Origin: an uncultured bacterium
Lineage (GTDB): Bacteria; Desulfobacterota_D; UBA1144; Nemesobacterales; UBA2774
Length of the DNA stretch: 64,000 nt
Reading direction: 5' to 3'
Assembly (NCBI GenBank): GCA_963705505.1
Contig: CAVPJU010000010.1
Span: 128,001-192,000 of the forward strand
In this document: piece by piece, positions 54,552 to 64,000 of the stretch
How positions within the stretch are numbered: the first letter of the stretch is position 1
Layout of the letters: every line of letters begins with the position of its first letter
Translations under genes and position numbers: made by a program
The notes under the pieces: model-generated
What the model was told of the DNA's origin: nothing
Seen by the model: the letters and a program-made list of their open reading frames with translations, nothing else
Database searches by the model: none

Positions 54552-54717
54552 ATACCCATCCTCCTTTAAGACTTTAAAGAGCCATATTACAACGATTTAC
54601 GTGAATATGCAATAATCTTCATATCTCATTTATAATTGCCGATTATTATCCGTCCCTTCGATCATATTCCTTGCTATCCCTCTCACGGATGTTAGCCTTT
54701 AAACATAGGTGACCCCG

Positions 54718-55230
54718 ATGGCCAAATCAAAAACTCTCTTCATTGTACGCCACGCAAAATCAAGCTGGGACGATACAGCGCTCGATGATAAGGATAGGCC
54801 TCTTAACGAAAGGGGCAAGGAAGAAGCTCCTAAAATAGGGAAGCATCTGGCCGGCTATGCAGTCAAGCCCGATCTCATCACATCGAGCCCGGCGGTGCGC
54901 GCACTCAAAACCGCTGAGAAAATTGCCAAGGAGCTCGGGTTCAAGAAATCGGACGTGGTGGTGGACGAGGGGATCTATACCTTCAACGGGGGCAGCCTGA
55001 TGGACGTGGTGAAAGGGTTCGACGACAAGTACAGGTCCGTGATGATGGTCGGCCACAACCCCGCGATCACCTCCTTCGCGAACGAGCTCTCCGGCGTGGG
55101 CATAGACAATATCCCGACCTGCGGCGTGGTGCTCCTCGAATTCGACGCCCGTAAATGGAAGGACATAGAGAAGGGCTCAGGTAAGCTCCTCGAGTTCGAC
55201 TACCCGAAAAAGCTATGGGGAAAAGCTTGA
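54718..55230 (+). CDS. SixA-type phosphohistidine phosphatase
   Basis: [30 protein letters not shown]. Confidence 0.9.
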   Translation: MAKSKTLFIVRHAKSSWDDTALDDKDRPLNERGKEEAPKIGKHLAGYAVKPDLITSSPAVRALKTAEKIAKELGFKKSDVVVDEGIYTFNGGSLMDVVKGFDDKYRSVMMVGHNPAITSFANELSGVGIDNIPTCGVVLLEFDARKWKDIEKGSGKLLEFDYPKKLWGKA

Positions 55231-55279
55231 AATTTTTCCCCCGAGCAGTTTAAATCCCTTACTCGATAGCTTAATAGAT

Positions 55280-55768
55280 ATGGAATACTCGACACCGGAC
55301 CTCTGCGACCTTTACCCCGGGCTTATTAGAGTGGCTGAGCCCATATTCAAAAATTTCGGCGGCAGAAGCTCCTTCGGCGGAGAGGTCTTCACCGTAAAAT
55401 GCTTCGAGGACAATTCGGCAGTGAAGGAATCCGCCGGAAAACCCGGGCACGGGAAAGTGATGGTCGTCGACGGCGGCGGCTCACTGCATAAGGCGCTCCT
55501 GGGAGACCTCATTGCGGAGACGGCTCATAAGAACGGCTGGGAAGGGCTCATCATATACGGCGCCGTGCGCGACGTGGACACGCTATCGGGGCTCGACCTC
55601 GGCATCAAAGCGCTCGCTTCCATACCGCTGAAGACGGAAAGAAAGGGACTCGGGGAGCTCAATGTCCCCGTAACTTTCGGCGGCGTCACTTTCAGCCCCG
55701 GAGAGTACGTGTACGCAGACAGCACGGGTATCATAGTTTCCTTCAAGCCTCTTGAAATGCCCCGATGA
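55280..55768 (+). CDS. rraA: RraA-family protein (RNase E regulator / HMG aldolase-like)
   Basis: TPDLCD, FGG...F.G...[28 protein letters not shown]. Confidence 0.88.
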   Translation: MEYSTPDLCDLYPGLIRVAEPIFKNFGGRSSFGGEVFTVKCFEDNSAVKESAGKPGHGKVMVVDGGGSLHKALLGDLIAETAHKNGWEGLIIYGAVRDVDTLSGLDLGIKALASIPLKTERKGLGELNVPVTFGGVTFSPGEYVYADSTGIIVSFKPLEMPR

Positions 55769-55945
55769 CACACGGGTTATACTCAAAAGCACGCTAATAC
55801 CGGTTGAAATCAGCCCGATTAGACCTATCCCCGGCGAAAATCTATTGATAAAGATTAGAAAATAATCTAGAATGGATTCGGACGGCCCATGCTATAATAA
55901 ATTAATTACCTTAGGTGAGCAGGATTCGATCCGAGCGGAGGACTG

Positions 55946-57821
55946 ATGAAACTTTTACTTATAAACCCGAGATTCCCCGAGAGCTTCTGGAGCTTCAAAT
56001 GGGCTGTGGATAATATCATGCCCCGGGACATACGGACTATCAACCCGCCCCTCGGACTCGCTACCCTCGCCGCTCTGTGCCCGCCCGAATGGGAAATAGA
56101 AATCATAGACGAAAACATCGAGACCATACCGCTGCAGCCTGTGGCCGACATCATCGGCATCTGCGGGATGGGAGTTCAGTTCCAGAGGCAAAAGGAGCTC
56201 CTGAGGTTCTACAGGAACAGAGGCTACTACGTCGTCGCCGGGGGCAGCTACGCATCGCTCTGCCCCGAGTACTACCAAACACTCGCTGACACCGTAATTG
56301 CGGGAGAAGCCGAATACATCTGGAAAAAGTTCTGCGCCGACTTCGACAAAGGCTCGCCCGGAAAGCTCTATAAGGAATGCGAGGAAGTTTCGCTCGAGGA
56401 CTCGCCGACGCCGCGATTCGATCTCCTAAAATTGGACAAATACCAGGCAGTGAGCCTGCAGTTTTCGAGGGGGTGTCCGTACCGCTGCGAGTTCTGCGAT
56501 ATAATCGTCATGTTCGGCCGCAAGCCGAGGGTGAAGTCTTTCGAGCAGGTGGGGAAGGAGCTCGACGAGCTGAGGAAGTTAAACATCACCAACGTATTCT
56601 TCGTGGACGACAACCTTATAGGCAACAAGCCCGTGGCGAAGAAGCTCATGGCCTATCTCAGGGATTACCAGAAAGAGCACGGCTACAAATTCCTTTTCGG
56701 CACCGAGGCGTCTTTAAACCTCGCGCAGGACGACGAGCTGCTCGATCTATTCGCTCAGGCGAACTTCGGCTGGGTATTCATAGGTATCGAGTCTCCGGAC
56801 GAAGAAAGCTTAAAAGAAACTCTCAAATTCCAGAACACGAGGGCAGACATACTCGGCTCGATAAGGCACGTATATTCGTACGGCATAGAGGTCCTGGCGG
56901 GATTCATTATCGGGTTCGACAACGATACAGTCCGCACGTTCGACCTCCAGTACAACTTCATTCAGAATTCGGGTATTCAGGCCGCCATGATAGGCCTCCT
57001 CACCGCCGTGCCCAAAACGCCTCTCTACGAACGGCTGGAGAAAGACGGCCGCCTCATCAAAGACGCGAGCGGTACAGACAACACGAAGCTCGGGACCAAC
57101 CTCATCCCCAAACAAATGACGTACGAGGAGATGGTGAGCGGCTACAGAGAGCTCTATTACAGGCTCCTTGACGACAGCACCATAGCGGACAGGATCATAA
57201 ACAAGACGACATACATGAAGAACCCTCTTTTCAGGAGCACGTACGGCATAGGGAACCAGCTCCGGTCGTTAAAGAACTTTATAATAAACGGAATCCTCCC
57301 CGGAGGGTTTTCGAGGACTTATCACTTTTTGAGGACATTCCCGTTCACCAGGCTCGACATGGTCCCTCTGGTCATACAGGATTGGACTATAGGCATATCC
57401 ATGAGGAATTACGTCGACCGTCACTTCATACGGGTAACGGACGAAGAGGGCAGTCTCGCCAAAAACCATCTCGAGACGCTGAAGAAATCATTCCAGCGGT
57501 ATCTCAGTAAAGGACACCTCGAGGTTTCTCTCAAGAAGGTCCGCAACGCGGCGCATAATCTTTCTATCTCCCTAAAAGGGAATACTCGACGGAGAATTTT
57601 TCGACAATATAGGCACACACCTGGAGAACGTCCTCAAAAATACCCCCTCCTCCATAACGCTCAACATCGAGGAGCTCCACGAGACGGAGCGCCAGCACCT
57701 GCACAGGCTCATTAACCGCCTCTCCCGGTACGGGGACAGGATATACATAGCAGTCCATGAAAAGCTCCGCGACAAGGTGCATATCGATTCCTCCGTTTTC
57801 AACCTCGTGCTTGAGAGCTGA
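55946..57821 (+). CDS. B12-binding radical SAM protein (DUF4070 type); frameshift near 57580
   Basis: SFWSF, PPLGLATLAAL, GEAE, SRGCPYRCEFC (CxxxCxxC), FFVDDN; alternative frame continues ILDGEFFD...FNLVLES*. Confidence 0.88.
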
Positions 57822-57872
57822 CCCCGGCTCTGGTAATTTTCTTCAACAAAATTCTACTCACGAGGGTATAAA

Positions 57873-58898
57873 ATGACTCAAGGGAAAGATCCGTCCTCCA
57901 TACTGCGTACAGGATTCGGCTTCTGGGAATCCAAGGTTCTGCTGACGGCCGTGGAATTCGAGCTCTTCACCGTGTTAGGCGATAAAGCCATGACAGGGGG
58001 GGAGATCGGAGAGAAGCTTTCACTGCACCCGAGGGGCATATGGGACTTCCTCGACGCTCTCGTGTCTATGGGGTTCCTCGACAGGAAAGGCGACGGCCCC
58101 GGCGGGCTTTACGGCAACACAGAGGCTACCCGGCATTATCTGGATAAAAAGAGCCCTTCGTATATCGGCGGGATACTCGAAATGCTGAATGCGCGCCTGT
58201 ACAAGCACTGGGACGACCTCGGAGAGGGGCTCAGGACGGGAAAGCCGCAGAACGAGATAAAGCACGGCAAGAAATCCATCTTCGAAGAGCTTTACTCGGA
58301 CCTCCCGCGCCTGGAGCAGTTCATGGGAGCCATGACAGGATTCTCGCGGGTAAACTTCGAGGCGCTCGCCCAAAAGTTCGACTTCTCGACGTACGAAACG
58401 CTGTGCGATGTCGGAGGCGCCACCGGTCTCCTTTCCATATGCGCCGCAAAAAGACACCCGCATTTGAGGTGCACATCGTTCGACCTCCCGGTGGTGGAGC
58501 CGATAGCGAAAAGGTCTATAGAGCGCGCGGGATTGTCCGACCGCATATCTACGGCCTCGGGGGATTTCTTCAGGGACCCGCTGCCAAAGGCAGACGTGAT
58601 TACGATGGGCATGATACTCCATGACTGGAACCTCGAGAAGAAGAAACACCTGATAAGGTCGGCATACGAGGCGCTGCCCGAAAAAGGGGCGCTCATCGCC
58701 GTAGAGAATCTTATCGATGACGCCAGGCGCGAAAATACGTTCGGACTCATGATGTCCCTCAACATGCTTATCGAATTCGGCGACGCGTTTGACTTCACCG
58801 GCGCCGATTTCCGGGATTGGTGCGGGGAGGCGGGTTTCAGGGACTTCGAGGTCATACACCTGGCCGGCCCCTGCAGCGCCGCGGTTGCGTATAAATAA
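57873..58898 (+). CDS. O-methyltransferase (dimerisation domain plus Methyltransf_2)
   Basis: SKVLLTAVE.ELF, CDVGGATG, FDLP, GDFF..PLP.ADV..MG.ILHDW. Confidence 0.9.
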   Translation: MTQGKDPSSILRTGFGFWESKVLLTAVEFELFTVLGDKAMTGGEIGEKLSLHPRGIWDFLDALVSMGFLDRKGDGPGGLYGNTEATRHYLDKKSPSYIGGILEMLNARLYKHWDDLGEGLRTGKPQNEIKHGKKSIFEELYSDLPRLEQFMGAMTGFSRVNFEALAQKFDFSTYETLCDVGGATGLLSICAAKRHPHLRCTSFDLPVVEPIAKRSIERAGLSDRISTASGDFFRDPLPKADVITMGMILHDWNLEKKKHLIRSAYEALPEKGALIAVENLIDDARRENTFGLMMSLNMLIEFGDAFDFTGADFRDWCGEAGFRDFEVIHLAGPCSAAVAYK

Positions 58899-59112
58899 TT
58901 ACGCGATAATCTCATACCCCTCCGTAGGAGCGGCAGCCTCGTAATTTTCTTTTCCGTCATTCCCGACGCCGATCGGGCCTGCCGGGGCGACCCTGGAGTC
59001 CGGTCTTTTCTCTTAATTCACTCTCCTTAAATCGCGCTGGACAAAAGGGGAGCAGTCCATCAACATATTACGTTTACATATAAATACAGTCACACCGCCG
59101 GAGGTTATTTAG

Positions 59113-60246
59113 ATGAAGACGCGAGTCCTGGTTCTTGGAGCGGGTTTCGGAGGCCTCGAGCTCAGCACCCTGTTGTCGGAGGCGTTCGGCGATGAGGTCG
59201 ATGTGACCCTCATCGACAAGAGCGACCACTTCATTTTCGGCTACTCGAAGCTCGACGTGATGTTCGGACGGACGGAGCCCGACGCGGTCCGCCTGCCGTA
59301 CCGCAACTTCGTTAAAACGGGCGTGCGCTTTCTGCAGCAGACGATTACCGCGATCGACCCGGACGCGCGGCGCGTCACAACCGATGCCGGCACCTACGAG
59401 TCCGATTTCCTGGTCGTCGCGCTCGGCGCCGACTACGACCTCGACGCCACGCCGGGTCTCGCCGAGGAGGGAAGCGAGTTTTACTCCGTAGCCGGGGCCG
59501 AGCGGCTGCGCGGGGTGCTGCAGAATTTCTCGAAAGGCCCGGCCATCGTCGGCGTTTCCGCGGCGCCGTTCAAGTGCCCGCCCGCACCCAGCGAATGTGC
59601 GCTTCTGCTGCACGATTTCCTGACGGCAAAGGGCGTCCGCAGCCGGTGCGAAATTACATTGGTGCTGCCGCTGGGGAGCCCGGTGCCGCCGTCGCCCGAC
59701 ACTTCGAGAGCGCTGCTGAGCGCCTTTTCGGAGCGCGACATCAAGTTTGTTCCCGGGCGCCGCGTGGCATCGCTTGACCCCGGACGCCGCGCCGCGGTGC
59801 TGGACGACGGCAGCGAGCTGCCCTACGAATTGTATCTGGGCGTGCCCAGGCACTGTGCGCCGAAGGTAGTCGAGTCAAGCGGCATGGCCGAGAACGGCTG
59901 GGTGCCCGTCAATCCGAGGACTCTTGAAACACGGTTCGCCGGGGTCTACGCAGTGGGCGACATCGCCAATACCGGAACACCGAAGGCGGGCGTGTTCGCC
60001 GAGGGCGCGGCCCGCGCTGTCGCGGCTTCGCTTATCGCGCGCATACGTGGGGGCGACCGGCCCGGGGCTTACACCGGCGCGGGTTCCTGCTACATCGAGT
60101 TCGGCGCCGGGCGGATCGGCCGGGTCGACGTGGATTTCTTCTCGGGGCCTTCGCCCACGGGCACCTACCACGAGCCTTCTGTCGCCATGCGGTCCGAAAA
60201 GGAGCATTTCGGTTCGAGCAGGCGCGCCCGCTGGTTCGGCCTGTGA
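59113..60246 (+). CDS. Sulfide:quinone oxidoreductase-like FAD-dependent oxidoreductase
   Basis: VLVLGAGFGG, LVVALGA, FKCPPAP.E, VYAVGD, PKAGVFA, GSCYIEFG. Confidence 0.82.
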   Translation: MKTRVLVLGAGFGGLELSTLLSEAFGDEVDVTLIDKSDHFIFGYSKLDVMFGRTEPDAVRLPYRNFVKTGVRFLQQTITAIDPDARRVTTDAGTYESDFLVVALGADYDLDATPGLAEEGSEFYSVAGAERLRGVLQNFSKGPAIVGVSAAPFKCPPAPSECALLLHDFLTAKGVRSRCEITLVLPLGSPVPPSPDTSRALLSAFSERDIKFVPGRRVASLDPGRRAAVLDDGSELPYELYLGVPRHCAPKVVESSGMAENGWVPVNPRTLETRFAGVYAVGDIANTGTPKAGVFAEGAARAVAASLIARIRGGDRPGAYTGAGSCYIEFGAGRIGRVDVDFFSGPSPTGTYHEPSVAMRSEKEHFGSSRRARWFGL

Positions 60247-60323
60247 TTCATGCAATAGCGTATGCCGGCATCGGCCCGTCCCATTGTCTCAATCCGTTCC
60301 GAAGGCGCAGCGATCTTTTCTTT

Positions 60324-60898
60324 TAATTCCTTCCCCCGAGGCGGGGGGAAGGGTAGGATGGGGGTCATTAATCCATTCAGAACCATAACCAAAATCCTTT
60401 CCGACAATCCGACAGACGCGCGGAGCCTATACCCCTGCGGATGTGTCGGATGTCGGATGATTCTTATGCATCTACTTTTTGCATGGCGGCGCGGAAGTGA
60501 TGAAGGCCGTAGAGAAGAAAGAGGGTTGGGAGAAGATAGATGGAATCATTGAAAAGCTCTCTGGGGCGCACACCGTGGCGCGTGCCGACAACCCCGTTTG
60601 TCGGGGAGAGATATTCACTGCAACTCCGCCGCCCGACCGACCCTGTCATCGCGAGGCTACAAAGTAGCCGTTGCGATCTTTCATTTAGTTGTCATTCCCG
60701 CGGAAGCGGGAATCCATATCTTTAAATCAAAATAAGAAAAGGCTGGATTCCCGATAAAGACCTTCGGGAATGACAGAAAAGAAAAAGACGAGATTGCCGC
60801 GCTGCGCTGATCGCCTTAGACCTGCCAGAGCGTTCGAAGGCTCGCATGACAGCATTAGATCTTTTTTGTCGGTGAGAGATATTCACTGCCACTCCGCC
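60324..60898. repeat. Cluster of REP-like palindromes with a 34-bp direct repeat
   Basis: Family B copy at 60324-60365; GTCATTCCCG..CGGGAATCCA and its inverse TGGATTCCCG..CGGGAATGAC; TGTCATCGCGAG..GCGATCT and GAGATTGC..CTCGCATGACA; direct repeat 60597-60630 / 60865-60898. Confidence 0.75.
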
Positions 60899-61069
60899 CC
60901 CAAACGGGGCATATAGGGCTCGCGGCGGACCGGTGATAACGGACGCCGTCTCCCCCTCGCCAACAATCATATTTACACCAGCCATTCGAAAACATTCCCG
61001 CAAAAATTTGACAACTCGCTATAAATATGAATAATTTTTACTCTTTTACAGCAATGGGAGGAGTATATC

Positions 61070-61381
61070 ATGCAGGCGGTAATTAAAACCGGCGGAAAAC
61101 AGTACAGCGTGAGCAAAGGCGATGTAATAAGTGTTGAGAAGATCAGCGGAAACCCCGGTGACGAAGTCGAATTCAAGGAAGTCCTGATGGTCTCGGACGA
61201 GGGCGGGGTCAAGATCGGCTCCCCGGTCCTGGACAATGCGGTTGTGAAAGCTAAGATTATCGGCGCGAAGAAAGGCGAGAAAGTCATTATCTTCAAGTTC
61301 AGGAGAAGAAAGGATTTCAGAAAAAAGACCGGGCACCGACAGACCTATACCTCGATCCAGATAACCGATATTTCAAAGTAA
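61070..61381 (+). CDS. rplU: 50S ribosomal protein L21
   Basis: MQAVIKTGGKQY.V..GD, KVIIFKFRRRK, GHRQ.YT. Confidence 0.98.
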   Translation: MQAVIKTGGKQYSVSKGDVISVEKISGNPGDEVEFKEVLMVSDEGGVKIGSPVLDNAVVKAKIIGAKKGEKVIIFKFRRRKDFRKKTGHRQTYTSIQITDISK

Positions 61382-61395
61382 GGAGGTAACTTAAA

Positions 61396-61656
61396 ATGGC
61401 AACTAAAAAAGGCGGCGGCAGTACCAGAAACGGAAGGGACTCAATAGGCAGGAGGCTCGGGCTGAAGAAGTTCGGCGGTGAAACGGTAAAGGCAGGCAAC
61501 ATCCTTGCCAGGCAGAGGGGCACCACGTTCCATCCGGGGCTCAATGTGGGCATGGGGAGGGATCATACCCTGTTCGCCCTTAAGGACGGCATCGTAGAGT
61601 TCCAGAGGTTCGAAAAAAAGAAGACCAGGATCAATATCCAGCCGGTTCAGGCCTAG
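61396..61656 (+). CDS. rpmA: 50S ribosomal protein L27
   Basis: [45 protein letters not shown]. Confidence 0.98.
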   Translation: MATKKGGGSTRNGRDSIGRRLGLKKFGGETVKAGNILARQRGTTFHPGLNVGMGRDHTLFALKDGIVEFQRFEKKKTRINIQPVQA

Positions 61657-61970
61657 CTTAAGATTAATTTTGATGTGTTTTACCGTCCTTATCAGCGGCT
61701 CCCGGTGCCGGCGGGAATTTTAGCTTTGCCTTCCCGTGAAGTTCAGCAAAAGTAAAATAATTGTCCCGATCCATACGAACGTATTCCCGGATGCGGCTTG
61801 CGAAATATGCCGGGAATTTTGTTAACACTCTGTTAAAATCTATCTTTACCAGTTAAATTTTAGCCAGTATTATGAAAGTAGCTTTTCTTTAATTTTAGGT
61901 ATTCACTTTAACATGAATGTATCTCACTCATGTGTATGCATTCAATTCAGCAACCGGAGAAAAGAGATAA

Positions 61971-63200
61971 ATGGGATTCAAGTCCAGGATAGGAAATGTA
62001 TATTCGGGAAACGCACTGGTTCTCGTTTTTATTTTCACCCTGGTTTCCGTACTGATTTCCCTCTTTAACTCCTATTTTTTCACATCCACCATAACCGAAG
62101 AAAGGGGGCAGGAGCTCGCCCAGCTTTTCAATACGTCGGGCAAGAGCTTCGCCGACACTTCAAAGGACATACTCAATTCGAGAAAGGATATAATCTACAT
62201 TAAACTGCTGAACCCGGACGGCGTGCTGCTCGAAAGCTTCGGCGGCCAGGACGGGGATAACGTAGAGATTGTCCCGATAACCACGCCCGAGAACAACTCG
62301 ATAGTCCTGGGCGTCGTCGCCAGGGATTTCAAAAGCCTCGCCATATCGTCCTTAATGTGGAGCGCGCTTATCGGTATCGCGGTATCGGTAGTCGTAATAT
62401 TCATATTATCCCTGTTCTCGTCGGGCAGGAACGACTCGATGGAAAAACTTATATCGGCCATGAAGAACGTCACCCGCGGGGATCTCGCGGGCTCGAGGCT
62501 CGACCCGGAATCTTCGGACGACGTATCGACGATCAGGGCCTATGAAACCTTCAACCAGATGGTCGACCGCCTGAGGCGGAGAGAAGACATCGAGGAGGAG
62601 CTGCCGCCATTCCAGCCTACCCTGATCTCCTCCGAGGAAGACGAGGAGGACATACTCGCGAGGCCGAGGAACGTAACCGTGGTCGTCGCGAAAATAGCTG
62701 ATTTCCAGGAGCTCTCGAACACGCTCAAGCCGTCTGAGTTCAACTCGTTCCTCGCGGACTACAGGAAAGCCGCGTCCGCCATAATTTCTAACTACGGCGG
62801 CGTGATCGAAGCATTACTCAAAGACGAAATAGTCGCCTTCTTCAACGCACCCGAAGAGCTGGTAAACCCGGAGTTAAAGGCCGTATGCTCCGCCGTGGAA
62901 GTGCTCCAATTGCTGGCGAGCATAACGAGGGAGAGGAAGATCGAGGGCAAAGCCGCTATAAGCGGGAAAATAGGCATCGGGATGAAATCGATCCCCGTAT
63001 ACGACGATTCGGGCATCCCGCACGGTATAAAAGAAGTCACGGATATCGCGAGGAGAATAAGCACGGTCGCCCCGGTCTGGCGGGTGATAGTATCATCCGA
63101 CGTGTACAGTATCGTGAAGGATTTCGTTGAAGCCCGGGAGCTCAAGCTCGGAAACGAACCCTACTATTCGATAGTAGGCGTTGAAGAGGGCATAGCTTAG
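61971..63200 (+). CDS. Two-TM HAMP protein with a degenerate class III nucleotide-cyclase-like domain
   Basis: TM-extracytoplasmic-TM, HAMP (L..AM..V..GDL...FNQMV..L), then RNVTVVVAKIADF, YGGVIEALLKDEIVAFFNAP, KIGIG. Confidence 0.7.
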   Translation: MGFKSRIGNVYSGNALVLVFIFTLVSVLISLFNSYFFTSTITEERGQELAQLFNTSGKSFADTSKDILNSRKDIIYIKLLNPDGVLLESFGGQDGDNVEIVPITTPENNSIVLGVVARDFKSLAISSLMWSALIGIAVSVVVIFILSLFSSGRNDSMEKLISAMKNVTRGDLAGSRLDPESSDDVSTIRAYETFNQMVDRLRRREDIEEELPPFQPTLISSEEDEEDILARPRNVTVVVAKIADFQELSNTLKPSEFNSFLADYRKAASAIISNYGGVIEALLKDEIVAFFNAPEELVNPELKAVCSAVEVLQLLASITRERKIEGKAAISGKIGIGMKSIPVYDDSGIPHGIKEVTDIARRISTVAPVWRVIVSSDVYSIVKDFVEARELKLGNEPYYSIVGVEEGIA

Positions 63201-63380
63201 TTTTCACTGTCTCTCGTCTCTCAACATCTAATACCCAATCGTATTCCCCGGAAGCGGAAGGATCTTTCCTTTCTTTCCCCTGACCCGTCATTCTGAGCTT
63301 GTTTCGGAATCTCTTCTGATGAGACCCCTGCGACTCCTATTTGTCTCGGAATTGAGCTTTAGGTAATCTATGCTCCCAAT

Positions 63381-64000
63381 ATGCATAAAAAGAGGGTAGT
63401 CGTCGCAATGAGCGGCGGCGTCGACAGCACGACGGTCGCGGCTCTCCTGAAAAAGGAGGGATACGACGTAATAGGCATCACGATGCAGCTCCTGGAATAC
63501 GGCGAGGCTGAAGGGGGGTGCTGTTCCCTTGACCAGGTTGTCGACGCGAGGAGGGCCGCCGAGCAATTAGGCTTCCCTCACTATGTCGTCAATTTCACCG
63601 AGGAGTTCGGTAAATACGTGCTGACGGACTATGTGGACAAGTACAGGTCGGGCAAGACCCCCATACCCTGCGTGCTCTGCAACAAGTTCGTTAAATTCGA
63701 TCTCCTGCTGCGCCGCGCAATCGAGCTCGGAGCCGAATACCTGGCAACCGGGCATTACGCGAGGATAGAGAGGGACGAGGAGAGCGGGAAACTCTCTCTC
63801 AATAAGGCCCGGGACGCGTCCAAGGACCAGACATATTTCCTCCATACGCTCACTCAGAAGGAGCTGAGACGCCTTATGTTCCCCCTCGGCGGCAAGACGA
63901 AGGACGAGGTCAGGGAGATCGCGAAGGGCTTCGGTCTGAGGCAGGCGGAGAAACCCGACAGCACCGGGGTCTGCTTCGTCCCGGACGGGAATTACAGGGA
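63381..64000 (+). CDS. mnmA: tRNA 2-thiouridine synthase; runs off the window end
   Basis: Not in the ORF track (no stop in window): MHKKRVVVAMSGGVDS, GGCCS, TPIPCVLCN..VKF, ATGHYA, KDQTYFL, KPDSTGVCF. Confidence 0.95.
   Translation, partial: MHKKRVVVAMSGGVDSTTVAALLKKEGYDVIGITMQLLEYGEAEGGCCSLDQVVDARRAAEQLGFPHYVVNFTEEFGKYVLTDYVDKYRSGKTPIPCVLCNKFVKFDLLLRRAIELGAEYLATGHYARIERDEESGKLSLNKARDASKDQTYFLHTLTQKELRRLMFPLGGKTKDEVREIAKGFGLRQAEKPDSTGVCFVPDGNYR

Noticed and set aside
60597..60898. CRISPR array from the 34-bp direct repeat
   Set aside because: Only two copies, about 235 bp apart, and no cas genes in the window.

Overview
Bacterial chromosomal window, mostly housekeeping genes: ptsI end, a two-component cluster, proS, pyrF, clpB, a sigma-70 paralog, dtd, smpB-ssrA, rph-rdgB, pyrG, an RNase II-like gene, ptsP, gltA, rplU-rpmA and the mnmA start. 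Gene content and three IPTL-CTERM proteins suggest a Desulfobacterota/Dadabacteria-like organism (inference). At least nine genes, including proS and pyrF, are split by small indels, which most likely reflects an unpolished long-read consensus. Three things stand out. (1) Two 87-88 bp non-coding inserts (9682-9769, 20368-20454) sit at the same position inside copies of one REP-like palindrome. They have no target duplication and match at only 28/54 nt in their 3' parts, yet share motif spacing and a hairpin whose three variable pairs all covary: a candidate new REP-targeting miniature element or structured RNA. (2) Downstream of ssrA is a 193-bp near-identical copy of the internal part of tmRNA. 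(3) After that copy comes an AT-richer six-gene Ehr/Hyf-like operon: the large subunit lacks the NiFe cysteines, and the small subunit has three of four [4Fe-4S] cysteines replaced (Thr, Asp, Asp). No CRISPR array, rRNA, tRNA, integrase or transposase was recognised.
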